Shown in pieces: positions 1 through 9,900 of a stretch of 32,000 nt of DNA. How positions within the stretch are numbered: the stretch's first letter is position 1; every line of letters begins with the position of its first letter. Below the pieces are notes generated by a model. The model searched no databases, had not been told where the DNA came from, and saw nothing but the letters and a program-made list of their open reading frames with translations. Source of the DNA: Planctopirus limnophila DSM 3776 (lineage in GTDB: Bacteria > Planctomycetota > Planctomycetia > Planctomycetales > Planctomycetaceae); NCBI RefSeq assembly GCF_000092105.1, contig NC_014148.1, positions 2,160,001-2,192,000 of the forward strand. Reading direction: 5' to 3'. The position numbers and the translations under genes are program-made.

Positions 1-920
1 CCGCCCGGGCCGAGATTTCTCGCCGTATGGTCGATCAACTGCGATCCCAGTTTCCCGACGAAGAATCGCTCAAGCCGATGAATTTTGCAGCGGCGAATGC
101 CGCCATGCTGATTTCTCGCGTGCATGGTTTCGAAGGTCCATCGCTGGTCATCGATGCCGCTTGTGCCTCATCACTGATGGCATTGAGTCAGGCTTCCTAC
201 GCCTTGGCACGTGGCGAAATCGATATGGCCGTGGCCGGTGGGGCATCGTACAGCAAGTGGTTTGGCCTCGTTCTGTTTTCGATGGCGATGTCCATCAGTG
301 CAACCGGGTCAAGACCCTTTGATGCCGACGCCGATGGGCTCATCAGTTCAGACGGTTATGGGCTGGTTGTTCTCAAGACTCTCCCGAAAGCGCTCGCCGA
401 TGGTGATCGAATTCTGTCGGTCATCCGCGGGATTGGTGTCTCTTCTGATGGACGCGGTAAAAGCCTTTGGGCACCACGCCAGGAAGGACAGATTCTCGCT
501 GTCGAACGGGCTTACTCGAAGAACATCGACCCCGCGTCGCTGCAATACATCGAATGTCATGCCACATCAACTCAGGTCGGCGATGCCACTGAACTCAAGT
601 CCCTGGCTCAAGTGCTGACTGGCAAGATCCCGGCTGGTCGAAAAATACCGATTGGAAGCGTGAAGGCTAATATCGGCCATGCTCTCGAGGCCGCAGGGAT
701 TGCAGGGTTTATCAAAACCGTCCTCGCCATGGAACATGGCGTGATCCCCCCCCAGATCAATTTCAAGACGCCTAATCCTGAAATTGAATGGAAGAACGTA
801 CCTTTTGAAGTTGCTACTAACGCCAGAGAGTGGGATCGTCCCGCAGGAGGAATGCCGCGACGAGCTGCCGTGAACTCGTTTGGTATCGGTGGGCTCAATG
901 TCCACATGGTGCTCGATGAC
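1..920 (+). other. Ketosynthase (KS) domain, partial at the N-terminus, catalytically intact
   Basis: Cys46 in DAACASS (TGT 162-164), His178 in IECHATSTQ, His218 in KANIGHALEAAG, and the C-terminal NSFGIGGLNVHMVL motif. Confidence 0.9.
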
Positions 921-3900
921 GGGCTATTGCCGGGTGAAAAATCCAAGACCTCTGTGGCCGTACCATCGGCACAGCCAAACAGCAACGTGGCACCGGCTCC
1001 GGTTCAGCAGCCGATGGCCGTCATTGGCATGGCATCAATCCTTCCCGGTGCTTTGACAAAAGCCGCCCTGTGGGAAGCACTCATCGCCGGCAAAGATCCC
1101 AAGTGCGAGTTTCCCAAAGAAAACAGCACCTTGGCCTCTACACTCCTCGCCGAAGAGCAGAAGTCACAAAAGCCAGAACTGACATCGCGCGGTGGTTACG
1201 TCGCAGATTTCGTTTACGATTGGAAGCGGCATAAAGTTCCACCCAAACAGGTCGCGAATGCCAATCCACTACAGTTCATGCTGCTCGATGCGGCTGACCA
1301 GGCTCTGACAGATGCCGGTTACGAAAAGAAGCCTTTTGATCGCAATCGTTCAACAGTCATTGTCGGAACGATGTTTGGAGGTGACTTTGCTGTTCAACTC
1401 CAGTTGGGTCTGCGTTTGCCACATATCCAAAAGGTGCTGCGCGAACATCTGGAAGCGAATGGCACAAAACCAGATCAGATTGACGAAGCTCTGCTTCAAT
1501 ATGAAAAGCACTTCTTGAAAGTTTTGCCGGCATTACTGGATGAAACTGGCAGTTTCACCAGCAGTACCCTCGCTTCAAGACTTTCGAAAACCTTCGATTT
1601 CCGCGGTGGGGCGTTTGCCCTCGAAGCTGAAGAAGTTTCCGGGCTGGTGGCTGTCAACCTGGGGATCAACATGCTCGAAACCGGCACGACAGATCTCGTT
1701 CTGTGTGCTGCCGGCCATCAATCGATGAGTTACAACAGCTTCGAAAAACTCGTCGAGAAAGATCTTCTGAGCAAAGGCCAATCCCGCTCGGCCTTCGATG
1801 CCGATTTCGATGGCATTCTGCCTGCAGAAGGCGTGGCCGTTCTCGTCCTGAAACGGCTTGCAGATGCCGAACGTGACGGGGATACAATCCGTGCAGTCAT
1901 TCGCGGAACTGGCCAGTGCAACCGTCGTAATGATGAAGCCGGTGCCCTGCGCGAGTCGTTTAACACGGCTCTCAAAGTTGCCAACACGTCACCCAAAGCC
2001 ATTGGTGCGATTGAAGTCTCTGGTGTCGATTGCAAAGACCGCAATTTCAACCAGCTCGAACTGGCCAAAACCATCGATCAGGAAAGTGGCCAGCCACAAG
2101 CCTTGATTGGCTCGCTGACTCCACAAATCGGTTACCTGCGTGGTGCCTCGGGAGTGGCTTCGATTGTCAAATCGATTCTCGAGTTGCAGAACGGTCAAAT
2201 CGCCCCGCAATTTGGTCTCAAAAAGCTGGCTGCGGAAGTTCAGCCTGTCGCACATGCGATTCCTCAAAAGGTCATGCCGCTCTATGCGACTGCCCCAGGA
2301 GAGAAGGGGCAGATTGCCATCAGCAACAGCTCTCTCGATGGATCGGGTTTCAGCCTGATACTCGAAAGTGCCCAGAAACTCCCACTCCGCCCGGTAACCA
2401 CTCCTTCAGTCGCAATCAGCCAACCAGCCAGTGCAAAACAGGCCCCGGCGACTCTGTCTTCCAGGCAGATAACCTCTCAGTCACGGAGGTCTAAGCTGGC
2501 TCTCGCCTTTCCTGGGCAGGGGTCTTACTACGCAGGGATGGGCGCTGACCTGATTGCAAATTACACCGAAGTCCGGCAGAAACTGGCCGAGTTCAACGAA
2601 GTCCTCAAACTCGAAAACTGCCCCGATTTTGAAACGCTGTCCGCAGACCCAGGCAACAGCATTCTCAATGCTCAACTCTCGATGCTCGTCATCGATCTGC
2701 TCTACTACACCGCCTACAAGACGGCGGGAATTCAGCCAGATTATGTCTGCGGACACAGTTATGGCGAGTTTCCTGCATTGGTGGCTGCCGGAGCACTGAC
2801 CTTCCGCAGTGCGGTCATTGCCACACGCGATCGATCGCATGTCGTGGAAGAGTTTGCCGGCAAGCAGGGGACCTTACTCGCGGTCTCTTCGGATGCTTCC
2901 ACTTTGCGCCATCTGTTGACGAGAGCACCAGTCGAAGTCTTCATTGCCAATATGAATTCACCCGAACAAACCGTTCTGGGTGGAACAATTGATGATTTGA
3001 AGCAATTCGAAAAGATCCTGCGGGAACGCCGGATAGGTAGCCGACTTCTGAAAGTCCCGGCTGCCTATCACACACCACTGCTCGAGCCGGCGCTCGTCAC
3101 TTATCGTGACTGCATTCGAGCTTTGCCAATTTCTGTTCCACAGATTCCAGTCATCAGTGGCATCGGCAATCGAGAAGTCACCGATCCGGAAGAGATTCGC
3201 GAGAATCTCGTAATGCAACTGGTCAGCCCCATGGACTTTGTGGGGATGGTTCAACTTTTAAGACAGCTTTCTGTCGGGATGGTGGTCGAAGTGGGGCCGC
3301 GTAAGGTGCTCACGCAACTGATCCAGAAAACAGCCAACGAAGGTCAGTTGGAATGCCTCCCCATGGATCCTCGCGACAATTCGTCGTCAGACTGGCAATC
3401 CACGCTCAGAAGCAAATATGAAGGATCTGTCGGCAATGCCTCACCGGCTGCTGCAACGCCTCAGAAAACGCCAGCTTCCCCAGTACCAGCACAGGCTCAA
3501 AAGCCAGTTTCGCAGCCACAGAAGCCCGCAGTTCAGCCTGCTGCAGCGAACTCATCCGTTTCGAAACCTGGCCAGACGAAATCTTGCCAGATTAATCCCA
3601 CTCCCGCAACGACCAACGTACCAACCACAGGTTCAAAAGTGACAGACCGTCCCCGTATCGTTCACTTCGACGCGACCGCGAAACGAAAAGAAGAAAATCG
3701 TCTGCGGGCAATCCAGCAGCGTGCAGAATCCGGGCGGCCTGTGGTCACATCGGCCAGTCCGAAAACAACGCAAAACTCACCTGCCATTTCGCACAGCGAC
3801 CTCGCTGAGACAAATGGACATTCCGGGCACTTCGAGAAGAATGGACACGCTTCGGATGTCACGAGCAAAGCACCAGCTCTCAACTCCGCTCAGATGAAAG

Positions 3901-6900
3901 AAGAGATCGTCCCTCCAGTCGTTGTGATCGAAGAGGTTCCAGCGGCTCCACGCAAGTTGCCCAATCGTGCTGAACTCGAAGCGTTTGTTGTCGAGTACAT
4001 CGTCGATCAGACTGGCTACCCGCCGGAGATGGTCGAACTCGAAGCTGATCTCGAAGCTGATCTGGGCATCGACAGTATCAAGAAGGCCCAGATGCTCGGG
4101 GAGTGCGCCCAGAAGTTCGAACTTCACTGGCTCGCCAATGAAGTCGCCGATCTGTCACTTGATCAGTTCCCGAATCTCGCTTCGATCATCAAGTTCCTGA
4201 CTGAAGATGCCGCCAAGGCCACTGCATCACCTTCGGAAGAACAACTTGCTGAATCCGTACCTGCCGCTGCTCTGCCAGCCGTAGCTATCGTGACTGAAAC
4301 CAGCGAAGAGGTAGTTCCACGCAAGTTGCCTAATCGTGCGGAACTTGAAGCATTCGTTGTCGAATACATCGTCGATCAGACGGGTTATCCGCCGGAGATG
4401 GTTGAACTCGAAGCGGATCTCGAAGCCGACCTCGGTATCGACAGCATCAAGAAGGCCCAGATGCTCGGCGAGTGCGCTCAGAAGTTCGAACTCCACTGGC
4501 TCGCCAATGAAGTCGCCGACCTTTCACTCGATCAGTTCCCGAATCTGGCTTCGATCATCAAGTTCCTGACCGAAGATGCCGCTAAAGCGTCTTCGAGTGC
4601 GAATACGATTGATGCGGTCGCGATTTCCAAATCGGTCGACACTGATGCCCCGAGGGAACCAGCTCATCAATCCGCCGAGACGTTGCCTGCTGTCCCCGCG
4701 ACCACAGTGACCAGCGAAACAGTGACCAGCGAAGAGGTGGCTCCTCGCAAGTTGCCCAATCGTGCGGAACTCGAAGCGTTTGTTGTCGAGTACATCGTCG
4801 ATCAGACTGGCTACCCGCCGGAGATGGTTGAACTCGAAGCGGATCTCGAAGCTGATCTGGGCATCGACAGTATCAAGAAGGCCCAGATGCTCGGGGAGTG
4901 CGCCCAGAAGTTCGAACTTCACTGGCTCGCCAATGAAGTCGCCGATCTGTCACTCGATCAGTTCCCCAATCTCGCTTCGATCATCAAGTTCCTGACTGAA
5001 GATGCCGCCAAGGCCACTGCATCACCTGCGGAAGAACAGCCTGCTGAAGCCGTACCTGCCGCTGCTCTGCCAGCTATTGCCATCGTGACTGAAACCAGCG
5101 AAGAGGTAGTTCCACGCAAGTTGCCTAATCGTGCTGAACTCGAAGCGTTCGTTGTCGAATACATCGTCGATCAGACTGGCTACCCGCCGGAGATGGTTGA
5201 ACTCGAAGCGGATCTCGAAGCTGATCTGGGGATCGACAGCATCAAGAAAGCCCAGATGCTCGGTGAATGTGCCCAGAAGTTCGAACTCCACTGGCTCGCC
5301 AATGAAGTCGCAGATCTCTCGCTCGATCAGTTCCCGAATCTGGCTTCGATCATCAAGTTCCTGACCGAAGATGCCGCCAAGGCGTCTTCGACATCACGAT
5401 CAGCATCGCATGTCGCCTCACCGGAGACCGAACTGGAACTTCAGGATTCCAGTACTGCCACAGCCACACTGACTGAACCAGCAAGTGTTTCCACACAAGC
5501 TGTGACCCAGGTCGTCGAAGCCGTGCCTGCGGTTTCAATAGTGAGAGAATCTGTCATGATTCTTCAAGGCAGCCCTTACGAAATGGGCTTCCAGCATGGT
5601 CAGAAAGAGAAAGCCGCCATCCACGGCATTCTTGAACGTCAGATCACGCGCTATGGTGCCCGACTCGACAACATGCCCGAGTTAGACGAGGCTGTCAGTG
5701 ATCCCGCACGATACTTCGGAGAAGATGAAGTCGCCGAGCTTAAAGGGATTGCCGACGGTGCCGAACTCCCTCTCGCATTCCTGATTGGCCATAACCTGGG
5801 CCTCTGCGAAGACTACGTCCCGGGCTGTGCCCAGTTTGCTGTCTCTGCCCAGGCCAATGGTGGGAAGGGAATGATCCATGCCGCCAACGAAGATTCTTCG
5901 CTCGCACTCAGTTTGACGGATTGCCTCCGCCGTGTGGTGCAGTGCCGAATTCCTGCCCATGGTTATCGACACATCGTCTTCAGCGTGAGTGGACAGGTCA
6001 GCGGCATCAATGGTACCAACGAAAAGGGCCTGACTGTCACCAGCACTTTGCTGCTGGATCGAGCCCCTCGCGACATCACGGCACCTGGCGACATCCATCC
6101 CGTGCTCATCAAGAAAATCCTCGAAAAGGCCGCCACACCGGCTGAAGCCATCGAGATCCTCAAAAGCTCCAAGCGAAATGGTGCCTGGGGAGTCTGCATC
6201 AGCCATGCCGATACCGATTCACTCTGCTATGTCGAATACGACAGTGATCAACTGGAAGTTCGCAGTGGGATGACTCGCGTCATTGGCACGAACCACTCGT
6301 TGCTGCTCGGCGCCACACATCCGACACCTCCACACTCCATGCACCGTATGGATCGCCTGCAAGAACTGCTGGCCAAGGAAGAAGCTATGGGGCTCGACTT
6401 CCCGGCTGCTGAAAAAACTCTTCGCGATCAGTTCGATGGTGGGCGTCAGCGAGTCACTGCTCATGCGACCATGAACACGATCTGCCGTGTCGATAACCAG
6501 ATCAGTGTGGTCTTTGGCCCAAGCGAGAAGACAATTCGTGTAACTCCCGGTTCATATCGCAAAGAATTTGCACATGAATTCTCCACGCTTGATGTCGATG
6601 GCTTCTTCGGTGGTGCTGATGAATTAGTCGTCAACGATGTCCCGACAAACTCAAACACGGGCTCCAGCGTCGGTTCGACATCAAAATTAATACCAGCACA
6701 GCAGACCGATCTCCCTCGATTAGCTGGTTTACCAGTTATCGATGAGCGTGTAATGCATCGGGTCATCCTGCGTCCGCGTTTGTCACCGCTCTCGCATGCA
6801 GCACAAAAGGTAAGTCTCACTGGTAAAACAGTTGTCTATGGTTTCGGTGAAGTTGCCAGGGCCTTGATCTCCAAGTTGAAGTCCACAGGCCTCGAAGTTG

Positions 6901-9900
6901 CTGTGATACCTACCTGTTTTGATGTGACAAAGCTGGAAGCTGAGTTCGAAAATCTGGCAGCGCTCAAATCTGCCAGGAATCTGATTCTGGTGGGGCCACG
7001 ATCCTCAGATGAAGTCAGTGAAGCGAGTGCTTCTGCACGATTCCTGACAGCCTTCCGTCTTTGCCAGTTATGGACTCAAAGCGGTCAGGAAATCTGCCCG
7101 CTGGCCGAGAGATCGTTAACCTTTGTCTCCTTCATGGGAGGAAATTTCGGTCTCGAAGGGAGCCCAGCCAATGCCGATGGTGGTGCCATGTCTGGCCTTG
7201 CCAAGGCCCTTCGCCGCGAACTGGCACCTCTGGTTGTCCGCACTGTCGATTTTGCCAGTGACGATGTAACAGACAGGGTCGTGGATCAGCTTGCCAATGA
7301 ACTCTCACAATCTTTTGAAATATGCGAAGTTGCCTATTCGCGTGGTGAGCGTTTTGTTGTGGCAGCCCGCCCTGTGCCGGCGACTCCGGTACCACAAAAT
7401 GGGCCAACACCTGGATCGGCATGGATCATTTCCGGTGGTGCCCGAGGCGTCACTGCGGTCGTCGCCAGAGAACTTGGAGTTCGTTATGGAGTCCACCTTC
7501 ATCTGATTGGTTCTTCACCAATCCCTGAACTGGATCCATCACTTCTGGAGGCTTCAGCCGAAGAGTTGAAAGCCTTGCGTCGGAAAATCATGTCCGAGGC
7601 GCGTGAACGTGGCGAAGTTCCTCTCGATGCCTGGAGCACATTCGAACGCAGCCTCGAAGCCCGTCGCAACCTGCGTGACATGCGGCAAGCAGGTGTTTCA
7701 GTCACTTATCATTGCTGCGATATCAGTCAACCCGATGCCGTTGAAAAAACGGTTGCAGCCATCCGTACCTTCAATCATCCGATTGAAGGGGTCATTCACG
7801 GAGCCGGGGTGGAACATGCCTGTCGATTTGAACGCAAGCAGTTACCCAAGGTCCAAAAGACCTTCGATGTCAAAGTCGAAGGCGCACGTCACCTGGCTGC
7901 AGCACTCGAACATGATCCCGTGGCGTACTTTGTGGGATTCGGTTCCACCAGTGGTCGCTTCGGTGGTTTAGGTCAGGCCGATTACTCGGCAGCTTCCGAT
8001 GCACTCGCCAAGTTCTGTAATGAACTGGGCCGCAAGAATCCCGACTGGCGGACCATTGTGGTTCACTGGCCACCCTGGGGCGAAGTGGGCATGGCAGCCC
8101 GCCCTGAAAGTAAACTCGCTCTCGAAGCCGGCGGAATGGCGTTTATGCCACCACAAGAAGGCGTCGCCTTCCTGCTGGAAGAATTGGCTTCAACGTCACC
8201 AGAACCAGAAATCCTGATTGTCGATAAGCCAGATGGCCTCGATCTCGATCGTACGCTTCCTGAACTGGCAGCATGGAAAGATTTCGCAGCCGCCCAGCAA
8301 GTGGTCGATGCCTCGCCTCTGCTGGATACCGTGATCGCCCTGACTCCTGGGGAGTATGTCGAAGTCGAAGTTCGATTGAACCCGGCACAAGATCCCTTCC
8401 TGTACGATCATCAACATCGCAATGCCCCCATTCTCCCAATGACATTCGGTCTGGAGACATTGGCTCAGGCATTCAGAGTTCTGCTACCCGCAACCGAGCA
8501 GGTGACTGTGCTCGATGGGGAAATTGTCAATCCCATGCGGTTCTTTGCGGATCGTCAAGAACTCGCCATCGCTCGCATCCGTCGCTCGGGAGACAGCTTC
8601 GAAGGGGAACTCGTCACCAGGTTCTTCAATCGCAAGGGCGTCTTGCTCAAGCACGAACGGGTGCTCGTCAAAGCCCGGCTCAAACCCGGTGTCGATGCAC
8701 CGGACGCAGCCAAACCTTTCAAATCATCCATGCAGCTCAAGAAAGTTCAGTACGCAGAAACGTGGGATCAAGTCGCTGCATTGAATCTGGGGAGTGTCTT
8801 CACGGGCCCCTCCATTCGAGGATTGACGGAGTTCGCTTACGAAGGGAAGACCTTCGAAGGGATCATCGTTCCACCACCGATCAGTGGATTTGCCGGAAAT
8901 CGCCCGGCAACCGGCTGGATGTTGAATCCTGCTGTGCTTGATGCCTGCCTCATTGGGTGTGATCGCTGGGCAGCACAGGCCGTCGAGCGGCAAAGCCTTC
9001 CCGTGAACATCGAAAAGGTCAGCCTGTATCGACCCGCCATCGATGGTGATCTCTGCCGGATTGATGGTCAGGTGCTCGAAGTCACTGAGAAAAATCTGCG
9101 ATTCAACTTCTCTCTCTGGAACTCGAAAAACGAAATCATTCTGCGGGTCGAAGGATTCTGCACTACGGCAGTAATGGGCGGTTCACAACCGGAAACATCA
9201 GCAGAAATTCCTGCCGGGATCGCTTCCAGAGCCATCCCGGAATTGAAATCCCTCAACCCTGCCGATCTGCACTTGCTGTTCCCCGTCGAAGCCGTCACAG
9301 CCAGTGCTGATCATTGGGAAGCCGAAGTGCGGATCGAGCCTTTGACAGAGCCATTAATGACGGCTCACCGGTTTAACAACTCGCCACTCCTCCCCGGAGC
9401 AGCGATGGTCGAGTTGTTTGCCGAAGCTTTGCAGCAGGTTCTTCCGGGCCCTGGTGTGGCTCGAATTCGCAACTTCTCCATTCAGCATTCGCTGCACCTG
9501 AAGGCTGCTCTCCCGCGTCGTGTGCAGGTCGTGGCACATAAAGAAGCTGATGGCTATCGCTGCCAGCTAATTGATCTCGATGGTGGTTCGATCACTCTGG
9601 CAACGGCTCTGATTGACCGAGTGGATGCAGCCAACCTGCAATTGCCACAACTCGATCAGCCCAAGGGCAGCTATAGCCCCATGAAGTATCCCGATATGGG
9701 GCCTCTGATTCATGGCGCACCACTGCGCAGCCTGCAGGCGATGTGTTCCGGGCGTGATGATGCGTGGGCCGAAATCGTTCCGACAGATATGAGCAAATTG
9801 CTTGGGCCGAATTCGAAATGTCAGCCGGTCATTCACCCGGCTGTCCTCGATGGCAGCTTCTACGCCTGTGGAATTCACGCCTGGATCAACTGCTTCGGAA

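Noticed and set aside
745-752. C8 homopolymer (and a G7 run near 30233-30239) as possible phase-variation tracts
   Set aside because: The C-run encodes Pro-Pro inside the conserved KS domain with the frame intact. The G-run is short and intergenic. There is no evidence of slippage.
3777-5364. Recurring 77-aa (+ strand, 3967-4200, 4336-4569, 4762-4995, 5131-5364) and 68-132-aa (- strand) ORFs that look like a small repeated gene family
   Set aside because: They are out-of-frame or antisense readings of the four ACP repeat units. They recur only because the underlying DNA is repeated. The in-frame ACP reading has clear motifs and belongs to the 3360-aa ORF.
3951-5384. Regularly spaced repeats that could be mistaken for a CRISPR array or a satellite
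   Set aside because: The units are 270 nt long and in frame. They encode identical ACP domains with ppant-serine motifs, and the spacers are Pro/Ala-rich protein linkers. There are no short direct repeats and no cas genes.
5682-6206. 174-aa minus-strand ORF
   Set aside because: It is antisense to the C45 domain coding sequence and has no recognisable motifs. Long antisense ORFs like this one commonly arise by chance opposite a real coding frame.
8273-8941. 222-aa + strand ORF inside the PKS
   Set aside because: It is an alternative frame of the KR/DH region and is Arg/Ser/Cys-rich nonsense. It is fully overlapped by the domain-bearing frame.
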